The position numbers and the translations under genes are program-made. From NCBI RefSeq assembly GCF_008065095.1, contig NZ_CP042911.1:7110001-7142000 (forward strand): 32,000 nucleotides of DNA. Reading direction: 5' to 3'. This document shows, in pieces, positions 8,877-16,264 of the stretch. Numbering within the stretch: the first letter of the stretch is position 1; every line of letters starts with the position of its first letter. Under the pieces are notes generated by a model, which saw only the letters and a list, made by a program, of their open reading frames with translations, did not search any database and was not told the DNA's origin. The stretch is from Gemmata obscuriglobus. GTDB taxonomy: Bacteria > Planctomycetota > Planctomycetia > Gemmatales > Gemmataceae.

Positions 8877-9072
8877 TTAGCACGGCGCGACACGTCCGAC
8901 AAGGGGCGCGTGAGCCACTCGCACTTGACTCGTACGAGCGTATCGGCCAGACTCCGCGCATGAACAGTTGCGAAGAGCGCGCGGACTTCTGGCTTTCGGT
9001 CTACACCGGCGCGGCGTTCGGGTTGTTCGTTTTTGCCGTCTGTTACCGCGCCTTCTGAGCCGCGCCGCCCCG

Positions 9073-11970
9073 TCACTTCGCGGCCCCGGCGGGAACCGGC
9101 CACACGAGCGCGGTCGTGTCCGCGTGGCCGGTGATGAGCTTGGTGCCGTCGGCGGTGAAGCGCATGACCTCCGCGAACGAATTCGAATACATGGTGTCGC
9201 CCTTCTCGGTCGGCGGCGACCGGTGCCGCGCGAGCAGCTTTCCGGTGCTCGTGTCCCAGAACGTGAGATCGGTGAGACCGGCCGCCGCGAGAACGCTGCC
9301 GTCCGAGTTCAGCGCCACGCGCCCGCCGGACCCGGCCGGCAGGTCGCACAACTTGGCCCCGGTGGCCACGCCGTAAACCACCCCGCGCATGACGCCCCGC
9401 GGGTCGCTCTCGTCGATGTACGTAAAGGCGATCCGGCCGCCGTCCGCCGAGAACGCGCCGGCGGCGAAGCCCGGCCCTAGCGTGCGCGGCGGGAGCAGTC
9501 CCTTCGTCGGCCCGTCCGCGGTGAGGAAGACATCCCCGTAGAGCGACGCGTAGAGGGCGTTAGGTGAGAAGTTGATGCAACAGCGTCCGGCGCTCCAGTC
9601 GAACGGGTCCAACTTCTTCGTGAATTGCCGCCCACCGCTCCGCGCGTCCCAGGTCGTGAACACCGAAGTGAGCGTGCCCTTCACCCGCCCGAGTGTGACG
9701 CCGGTCAGCGTTTTATCGTCGTCCGACAACCGCAGCCCGATCACCATCTCCTGGCGCGGCTCCTTCGGGTCCACCGCGAACCGCCGGAGTTCCGTTCCCG
9801 TGGCCGCGTCCCACTGCACGATTTCACCGCCGACCGGCGCGAATAGCGTTTTGCCGTTGCGAGAGAACTCCAGATTGTGCGGCCACTGGTTGACGCTGGG
9901 CACGGTCGCGACGGGTTTCCCGGTCGCCGCATCCCAGACCCGGATTCGTGAGCCGGCGCTGGTCGCGTAGCGCGTCCCGTCGGCCGATACGCCCAGCGCG
10001 TGGACACTCCCGAAGAGTGAGGCGGCGTGAACCCCGGCGAACAGCGGTTTCCCGGTCGCCGCGTCCCACCGGAACAAGACCCGGCCGGTCGTCGCGACGA
10101 GCACCTTCCCGTCCGGAGTGAACCGCGCGACCGACGTCTCACCGTACAAAAGCTCACCGCTGGCTCCGTCGAACTGCCGGAGTAACCGCCCCGCGATCGG
10201 GTCCCACCAGCGAACGCCGCGGGCGTCGCCGATCAGAACCGTCTTCCCGTCCGGTGCGAACGTCACCCAGTCGCCGCCGTCCGTACCGACCGCCCCCTTC
10301 TGGGCCTTTCCGGTCGTCGCTTCAAAGAACCGGACGTCGAGGTGTTCTTCCGTCGCTTCCTTGTAAAGCCGTGCCGCGACGACGTCGCCCGTGGTGTTCA
10401 GGGCGACGCGATCCAGTTTGAACCCGTCGACCGACCACCGGGCCAGTTCCTTACCGGTACCGACATCGAACACCAACAGCTCGTCGAACGTGTTGACGGC
10501 CACGCGCCGGCCGTCCGCGGAGAAGCGAACTTCTCGGATGTAGCTGAGATCCGTCACGAGGGCACGCGACTGCCCCGTCTGGATGTCGGCCACGTGGACC
10601 GCGTATTCGTTCTCTTTTTTCTCCTTGTTTCTTATGCTCTCTGAGTTACCTTTGCGATTTCTTGTGACAACAACGAGCTTCTTGCTGTCAGGAGCGAAGG
10701 CAAGCGATTCGACGGGGGGGAACTTGAACTTCCCGATCTCGGCCGGAACGTTTTCCCCACGGCGCTCGAACACGATCACGGATTCGGGTGCGCAACAGGC
10801 AACGCGCTTGGCGTCGGAAGAGATGTACGAATGGAAGCGCCCGTGCCATTCGTCCGGCACCCGTACCGGTAGCCGCACGGCGGGTTCCGGTGTGTCCGCT
10901 TCGGGTTGCCAGAGCCGCAAATCGCCCTCTTCACCTACGGTCAGCACGGCCCCGTCTGCGGTGACGCCAAAGCTCATCACCGTGGCGGCCCCGCGCAGCG
11001 TTCCCAATCGCATGAGCGCGCCGGCGGGGAGCGGGTCGCCGTAGCGGTCCGTTTTTGCGGGCGGCCCCGAGTTTTGACGGCGCGGGCTCCCGTCGAGCGG
11101 TGCATCAGCGGGCCGCGTGGCTTCGGCAGGCTGTTGCTCCGGAGTTCGGGGCGGGGTGGCGTACCCCAGCGCGGCCGCGCCACCAACCGCGAGCACCACG
11201 ACCGCCACCGCCACAGCCGGCCACGTCGCGTGGGCCGGTGCGCCCGCCGCGGCCAGCGCCGCGACGCTCGGCGACGCAGTACCGGGCGCGGCGAGTTCGG
11301 CCGCTCGCGCGAACAATCGCGGCGGCACCTCTGCGCGGGCCGAATCGAAGAGCAGGCCGCCCAACCCTGCCGAGAGCGCGAGCCCCCGCCGCGCGAGCCG
11401 CGCGCGCAACCGCTCCCGGCCGCGTTCCAACCGCCCCTTCACCGACGCCACCGAGCAGCCCAGCCGCCGCGCGGCCTCTTCCTGCGAGAGCCCTTCCAGG
11501 CAGCAGAGGGTGATCACGACCTGGTATCGCTCCGGGAGGCGAACCAGTTCCTCGTCAACCGCGGAGACCAACTCCCGCCCGGTCATCGCGGCGAGCGGGT
11601 CGGGCTCGCACCGGGCGGCTGACGGGTCGGACGGGCGCGGGCCGCGGGCCGCGGTCCCCTTCGCTTTAAGGGAGATGCGGACCGCCGTCCCGTGGAGCCA
11701 GGAGGCGACGGACGCGGCTTTGCGAACCCGGTGCGCCCCGCGCACCAGTGCGAGGAACGTGGCCTGGAAGGCGTCTTCCGCGGCGTGGGCGTCCCAGAGC
11801 GTGCGCCGGCAGGTGCGAAGGACCATCGGCCCGTGCCGCTCGACGAGCGCCGCGAACGCGGCCCCGTCTTGCGACCGGATGAACTGTGCGAGCAGGTCGG
11901 TATCGGACACTGGCGCCGCCGCGACCAGGCGCATCAATCGGGGCGGCACGACACGTTTCGGGGCGGTCAT
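9073..11970 (-). CDS. ECF-type sigma-70 factor fused through a transmembrane helix to a large WD40-like beta-propeller domain
   Basis: The N-terminus has sigma region 2 and region 4 (AEDAFQATFLALV; LPERYQVVITLCCLEGLSQEEAARRLGCSVASVKGRLERGRERLR). One TM helix follows (WPAVAVAVVVLAVGGAAALGYA). The remaining ~650 aa carry recurrent F(S/A/T)PDG...V and ...WD repeats. 965 aa in total, ATG at 11968-11970. Confidence 0.9.
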   Translation of the reverse strand: MTAPKRVVPPRLMRLVAAAPVSDTDLLAQFIRSQDGAAFAALVERHGPMVLRTCRRTLWDAHAAEDAFQATFLALVRGAHRVRKAASVASWLHGTAVRISLKAKGTAARGPRPSDPSAARCEPDPLAAMTGRELVSAVDEELVRLPERYQVVITLCCLEGLSQEEAARRLGCSVASVKGRLERGRERLRARLARRGLALSAGLGGLLFDSARAEVPPRLFARAAELAAPGTASPSVAALAAAGAPAHATWPAVAVAVVVLAVGGAAALGYATPPRTPEQQPAEATRPADAPLDGSPRRQNSGPPAKTDRYGDPLPAGALMRLGTLRGAATVMSFGVTADGAVLTVGEEGDLRLWQPEADTPEPAVRLPVRVPDEWHGRFHSYISSDAKRVACCAPESVIVFERRGENVPAEIGKFKFPPVESLAFAPDSKKLVVVTRNRKGNSESIRNKEKKENEYAVHVADIQTGQSRALVTDLSYIREVRFSADGRRVAVNTFDELLVFDVGTGKELARWSVDGFKLDRVALNTTGDVVAARLYKEATEEHLDVRFFEATTGKAQKGAVGTDGGDWVTFAPDGKTVLIGDARGVRWWDPIAGRLLRQFDGASGELLYGETSVARFTPDGKVLVATTGRVLFRWDAATGKPLFAGVHAASLFGSVHALGVSADGTRYATSAGSRIRVWDAATGKPVATVPSVNQWPHNLEFSRNGKTLFAPVGGEIVQWDAATGTELRRFAVDPKEPRQEMVIGLRLSDDDKTLTGVTLGRVKGTLTSVFTTWDARSGGRQFTKKLDPFDWSAGRCCINFSPNALYASLYGDVFLTADGPTKGLLPPRTLGPGFAAGAFSADGGRIAFTYIDESDPRGVMRGVVYGVATGAKLCDLPAGSGGRVALNSDGSVLAAAGLTDLTFWDTSTGKLLARHRSPPTEKGDTMYSNSFAEVMRFTADGTKLITGHADTTALVWPVPAGAAK

Positions 11971-12252
11971 CGGTGGCTCCTCAACTCGGCTCCGATCCCG
12001 GCGGCCCGCGTGCTCGTTCGCGGTCCCCCGCCGGTTGGCTGTATGAAGTGCCCCGTGCCCCAGAAACCGCCCGGCGTTTTTTCACATTCCGGGCGAAGTG
12101 CCCGCGCCCGGTGAAGAGCCCTCACCATTCCGTGGCGCGCTCACCAAAGAAACGCCGATGCCGATAGACTTCCTGTCCGAGATTATGATTGGCGCTGAAT
12201 AAAAGATTGGCGAAACGCTGAGCACGATCCGGTTAATCGGTATCCCGGCCGT

Positions 12253-12329
12253 CTTCTGTAGCCGGCCTGTGTGAGGCCGGTGGTACACGGGTGGTGTCGC
12301 ACCGGCCTCACAGAGGCCGGTTACAGAAG
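12253..12329. repeat. Nested palindromic element (30-nt arms, each arm itself a ccggcc...ggccgg hairpin)
   Basis: cttctgtagccggcctgtgtgaggccggtg (12253-12282) pairs with caccggcctcacagaggccggttacagaag (12300-12329): 28 of 30 positions complementary. It lies 3' of the DUF1559 gene stop. Confidence 0.8.
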
Positions 12330-12355
12330 AACGTTACTCTACAACCGGATGCGAA

Positions 12356-13183
12356 TCAGTCGATCATGGCCGGATCGGTATCTTTCCCGGCGATGGTACT
12401 CAAGCCGAACAGCACCCGCGGCTCGACCGCCGCGGTGAACGTGCGGACGCTGCCGTCGCACATCGCGAAGTTCGCAGTACCCGAGAAGTACCCGCCGAAC
12501 TGCCCCCCGGCCCCCACGAGCGGGGGCGCGCTCGGGGCGTCGTCCAGCCCGCGCACCGTCGCGGGGCCGCCGCGGAGCCACGGGCCGACATCGTTGCGCG
12601 TCTCCGCGAACAGGAGCGTCTGACTGATCCCGTCCGTGATCCGCTCGAACGGCGTCGGGGCGTCGTACCGCACGGCGCCCGCCCGCGGCGCGTCGAGCGG
12701 GAGCGCCGCCGCGCTGGCCCCCAGCCCGCCGATGCCCACGTAGGACGTGACCGCCGCCGCCCCCGGCGGCACCTCGGGCGGGTTTTCGGGGCACAGCAGC
12801 ATCGGGACGCGCACGCGCCCGGCGGCCTGGTTGGGCTCGAAGCTCCACGGCTTCGTGGTGTCGAGCGCGGCGAGCAGTTGGGCCGAATTCACTTTGCGCT
12901 GGTCGAGCACCGGGAGCATGGTCACGACCCAACTGAGCCGCTCCTCCGGCGGCACGCCGGGCACCACCACCGTGCCCGCGGGCACCTCCGTGAACCCCTT
13001 CGCGGGGGCGCGCCGGGGGTCGGGGTTCGCGGGCCGCGCGGCGAACAGGCTCAGCTCGCGCAAGTTGTTCTGCGACGCCGCGACGTTCGCCTGGTGCCGC
13101 GCCTTCGCGATGAACGGCAGCAGCACCGCCGCTACAAAAACAACCAGCAGCACCGCACCGATGATGGTGACCCGACGAGCCAT
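12356..13183 (-). CDS. DUF1559-like (H-X9-DG type) planctomycete protein with a degenerate pilin-like N-terminal helix
   Basis: Track ORF trimmed to the ATG at 13181-13183 (MARRVTIIGAVLLVVFVAAVLLPFIAKARHQANVAASQNNLREL). The C-terminus GGYFSGTANFAMCDGSVRTF resembles the DUF1559 C-terminal DG motif. The canonical GFTLIEL prepilin motif is absent. Confidence 0.75.
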   Translation of the reverse strand: MARRVTIIGAVLLVVFVAAVLLPFIAKARHQANVAASQNNLRELSLFAARPANPDPRRAPAKGFTEVPAGTVVVPGVPPEERLSWVVTMLPVLDQRKVNSAQLLAALDTTKPWSFEPNQAAGRVRVPMLLCPENPPEVPPGAAAVTSYVGIGGLGASAAALPLDAPRAGAVRYDAPTPFERITDGISQTLLFAETRNDVGPWLRGGPATVRGLDDAPSAPPLVGAGGQFGGYFSGTANFAMCDGSVRTFTAAVEPRVLFGLSTIAGKDTDPAMID

Positions 13184-13271
13184 CGCACTCCCCCGCGCAC
13201 CCGTGCCCACACTCACTGGTGTACGTCCGGCGCGGCCGATCGGTGCGGTCCGGTTCCACACGAGCACTCCC

Positions 13272-14750
13272 ATGCACTGGCTCCTCACGGCCGCCGCGCT
13301 CCCGCTGCTCCTCGCGCCGGTGCGGGCGGCCGACCCCACGCCGGAAGCCGTCGACGCGCTCGCGGGCGACGCGCTCAAGGCGTTCCAGGCGCCCGGAGCC
13401 GCGGTCGTGGTGCTGCGCGGCGACCAAACTCTGGTTCTGAAGGGGTACGGCCGCCGCGCGCTCGGGCGCGACGAGCCGGTCACGGCGGACACGGTGTTCC
13501 CGCTCGCGTCCTGCACGAAGCAGTTCACGACCGCCCTCCTGGCGGCGCTCGTGGACGACGGCAAGCTCGGCTGGGACGACCTGGTGAGCAAGCACCTCCC
13601 CGGGTTCAAGCTCTCCGACCCGCACGCCACCGCGCTGCTGACCGTCCGCGACCTCGTCACCCACCGCACCGGGCTGGGCAACCACGACCTCCTCTGGTAC
13701 CGCGCCCCATGGAGCATCGACCACATGCTGAAGCAGGTGCCGCGGCTGCCCCTCGATTACCCGTTCCGCAGCGGGTACCGGTACAACAGCCTCACGTTCA
13801 TGGCCGCCGGGCGGGTCGCGGAGGCGTGCGGGAAGAAGACGTGGCCGGTCCTCGTCCGCGAGCGGCTCGCCGAGCCCCTCGGCATGAAAAACGTCGCGTT
13901 CACCACCGCGGAGATCCCGAAAGACGCGGACCGCGCGCACGGGCACCGGTTGAACAAGGCCGGGAAGGTGGAAGCCGCGCCGGTGTACGAGATGCGCGAG
14001 CCGAACCCGTCCGGGTCGCTCCACGCGACCGCCCGCGATCTGGCCGCGTGGCTGGAGTTTCAGCTCTCCGACGGCGTCGCGCCCAGCGGCACGCGCCTCG
14101 TCTCCTCAAAGCCACTGGTCGAGACGCGCGCGCCGCAGAACCTCATGCGCCTGGAAGGTGCGGCGAAGGCCTTGTTCCCGGACACGGTGCAGGTGAGCTA
14201 CGCCATGGGCTGGGTGGTCAGCGACTACCGCGGCCTGAAGGTGGTCGCCCACGGCGGGCTGATCGACGGGTTCCGGGTGCAGCTCACGCTCGTGCCGGAG
14301 CGCCAGTTCGGCTTCGCGGTGCTGTGCAACATGCACGACTCGCGGCTGCCGATCGCGCTGACCAACGCGCTGATCGACCGGTACTGCGACCTGAAGTCGA
14401 AGGACTGGAACGCGTACTACGCGCGTCTTGCCGAGGAGGAGGCGGAGGCGAAGAGCGCGGCGCTGGCGGCCCGCGATCGCGCCCGCGACCCGTCCGCGAA
14501 GCCGGCGCTGCCGCTCGCGAGCTACGCGGGCACGTACTCACACCCGGCCTACGGCCCCGCGACCGTGACCCACGCCGGCGGGGCGCTGACGGCGAAGTTC
14601 AGCAGCTTCTCGCTGCCGCTCGAGCACTTCGAGCGCGACACGTTCCGCATCACCGGGGCGTTCTTCGAGAGCGATCTGGTGCGGTTCGGCGTGAGCGACG
14701 GAAAGGCCACATCGCTGACGCTCGCCGGCATCGAGTTCAAGCGAAAATGA
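13272..14750 (+). CDS. Secreted serine hydrolase, beta-lactamase/PBP-related family with a DUF3471-like C-terminal domain
   Basis: Trimmed to the ATG at 13272-13274. Signal peptide MHWLLTAAALPLLLAPVRAADP. The active-site SxxK is within FPLASCTKQFT. AHGG motif is present. The C-terminal block YAGTYSHPAYGPATVTHAGGALTAKF...LEHFERDTF is typical of the accessory domain of this family. Confidence 0.88.
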   Translation: MHWLLTAAALPLLLAPVRAADPTPEAVDALAGDALKAFQAPGAAVVVLRGDQTLVLKGYGRRALGRDEPVTADTVFPLASCTKQFTTALLAALVDDGKLGWDDLVSKHLPGFKLSDPHATALLTVRDLVTHRTGLGNHDLLWYRAPWSIDHMLKQVPRLPLDYPFRSGYRYNSLTFMAAGRVAEACGKKTWPVLVRERLAEPLGMKNVAFTTAEIPKDADRAHGHRLNKAGKVEAAPVYEMREPNPSGSLHATARDLAAWLEFQLSDGVAPSGTRLVSSKPLVETRAPQNLMRLEGAAKALFPDTVQVSYAMGWVVSDYRGLKVVAHGGLIDGFRVQLTLVPERQFGFAVLCNMHDSRLPIALTNALIDRYCDLKSKDWNAYYARLAEEEAEAKSAALAARDRARDPSAKPALPLASYAGTYSHPAYGPATVTHAGGALTAKFSSFSLPLEHFERDTFRITGAFFESDLVRFGVSDGKATSLTLAGIEFKRK

Positions 14751-14857
14751 CGCCGGCGCGCCTCGGTGTCAGAACACCGGATCGGCTCGCCCGAACCCGT
14801 CCGCGGCCGAAGCGAACCTGGACCGGAACGACCGTGCGGCTATACTTGGTGCGAATA

Positions 14858-14980
14858 GAATCCAGTCGTTTCAAGTTCCAGGTTCCAAGTCGGAACCCCG
14901 CTCGTCAAAAGCGCCGGCGGTTCGTGTCGCTCGTGACTTCACTTGGAACTTGGAACCTGGAACTTGAAACGACTGGATTC
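14858..14980. repeat. MITE-like palindromic element, copy A
   Basis: Terminal inverted repeats are gaatccagtcgtttcaagttccaggttccaagt (14858-14890) and acttggaacttggaacctggaacttgaaacgactggattc (14941-14980), around a 50-nt core. A second copy at 22913-23042 has its core in the opposite orientation. Confidence 0.8.
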
Positions 14981-15003
14981 TTACTGACGCCTAACGGTGA
15001 GCC

Positions 15004-16032
15004 ATGCCCAGGCCCTACGAACGCGAGTACACCGACCTCGGTAAGAAGCGCAACCGCTCCAACACCTTCCAGCTCCCCGCCGGAATCCCCGCGTGGCTCC
15101 CGGCCGTCATCTGGCTCGGCGGCGGCCTGCTCCCGCTGGCGCTCCTCCTGATCGCGGCCGTGGCCAGCGGAACGCGGCCGGTGCTGATGCCGCTGGCCCT
15201 CATCACCGGCCTGCTCAGTTTTATGACCGGGTGGGTGTGGCTGATGATCGTCGCGGCCTCTGACGGAATCGGAACACTGCTGATGTGTATGTTTGTTCCG
15301 TTTTACGGCCTGTACTATGTGCTGAACAATCTCGACCAAACGCTGCGCCCGGTGTTCCTGTACGTCCTCGGGCTTGCCGTAGTTGCGTCCGCGGGGTTCG
15401 TCCCCGCCCCGCCCCCCAAGCCGCTGCCCCCGCCCGAGCAAGTGCAGAACGAACCGCGCAACGGACCCGCGTCCGTTGATCCGCCCAAGGTGAAGCCGTC
15501 GGAGCCGAAACCGGCTCCGAAAAAAGGCCCCCCGCCCACCGTCGCCGTGCCGAAGCCGCCGTTCGACGTGGACCCGAAGGCGAAGGACACCGGTCCCAAA
15601 GCGTACCTCGCGTCGCTGACGCCGTTCGACTACCAGGCCGGCCCGTGGAAGCTCGGGGTCGGGGTGCGCGGTGACGACCTGAAAACGCCGATCCGCGTCA
15701 AAGGCCAGGAGTACCGGTACGGGTTCTCGACGCACCCGCCGGAGAAAGGCGCGTGCCGGGTCAGCTTCGTGCCCGGGCGCGAGTTCAAGCGGTTCAAGGG
15801 GTGGGCCGGGGTCGGCGACAGCATCGGCACGCTGTCCGGCCCGGTCGTGTTCGCGGTGTACGGCGACGGCCGCCAGTTGTGGGAGTCGGCCGGGGTCGGC
15901 GCGCCCGGAGACACGGCCGGGTTCGACATCGACGTGACCGGCGTGAAGGTGCTCACACTGGAGGCGCGCATGCAGAGCGGGTTCAACCACCTGGCCCACG
16001 CCTCCTGGCTCGACCCGTGGCTGGAGCGCTGA
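15004..16032 (+). CDS. Membrane protein with Pro/Lys-rich linker and C-terminal NPCBM-like domain
   Basis: ATG at 15004. About three hydrophobic helices lie in residues 30-135, followed by a PPKPLPPPE...KPAPKKGPPP linker. The C-terminal block AYLASLTPFDY...G.EYRYGFSTHPP...F.GWAGVGDS...VVFAVYGDGRQLWES...DIDVTGVKVLTLEA...HASWLDPWLE follows the NPCBM/NEW2 pattern as I recall it. Confidence 0.78.
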   Translation: MPRPYEREYTDLGKKRNRSNTFQLPAGIPAWLPAVIWLGGGLLPLALLLIAAVASGTRPVLMPLALITGLLSFMTGWVWLMIVAASDGIGTLLMCMFVPFYGLYYVLNNLDQTLRPVFLYVLGLAVVASAGFVPAPPPKPLPPPEQVQNEPRNGPASVDPPKVKPSEPKPAPKKGPPPTVAVPKPPFDVDPKAKDTGPKAYLASLTPFDYQAGPWKLGVGVRGDDLKTPIRVKGQEYRYGFSTHPPEKGACRVSFVPGREFKRFKGWAGVGDSIGTLSGPVVFAVYGDGRQLWESAGVGAPGDTAGFDIDVTGVKVLTLEARMQSGFNHLAHASWLDPWLER

Positions 16033-16191
16033 CCGGCGCCCGTTCACGGTCACCCGCTCCGCGCCGGTGGCGCAGACGGCGCCCGTTGACGCACAAACGT
16101 GCCGGAACGTGAACCCGTCGTCGGGGATGCCAAGGGGTCGACGGCGCGGGGCGTTCCGCAAGCGCCCAGGTTCAATCTCGGCTACGCGTAA

Positions 16192-16259
16192 CCCCGATCG
16201 GTCAACGGTGCGGGCCGGCAACCTGCAGGTTGCCGGCCCGCACCGTTGACCGATCGGGG
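16192..16259. terminator. 68-bp perfect palindrome between convergent genes (probable bidirectional terminator / cruciform element)
   Basis: ccccgatcggtcaacggtgcgggccggcaacctg|caggttgccggcccgcaccgttgaccgatcgggg. The two 34-nt arms have no mismatch and are centred on ctgcag at 16225/16226. It lies between the stop at 16030-16032 (+) and the stop at 16265-16267 (-). Confidence 0.85.
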
Positions 16260-16264
16260 CATGA

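Noticed and set aside
12066-12090. ECF-type promoter-like GGAAT-N16-CGGT on the minus strand, ~96 nt upstream of the ECF sigma start.
   Set aside because: Both boxes deviate from the GGAAC / CGTC-type consensus, and a match this degenerate is expected by chance in GC-rich DNA. It is noted only as a candidate for autoregulation.
12082-12623. Track ORFs 12082..12288 (-) and 12291..12623 (+) with mirrored HRPH(T/R)GRLQK peptides. Likewise the mirrored MSYAVA... ORFs at 16265..18310 and 18758..19303.
   Set aside because: The mirrored peptides are translations of the two arms of a palindrome, or of the duplicated leader read antisense. They are not genes.
12339-15151. Very long track ORFs 12339..14024 (-), 12878..15151 (+) and 14905..16221 (-) spanning several genes.
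   Set aside because: These are low-complexity Arg/Gly/Ala translations. The same DNA encodes the DUF1559, beta-lactamase-family and NPCBM-like proteins in other frames, with clear motifs, signal peptides and sensible starts.
16160-16190. tRNA T-loop-like string aggttcaatctcgg.
   Set aside because: The flanking bases cannot form a T-stem or an acceptor stem, and no cloverleaf can be drawn.
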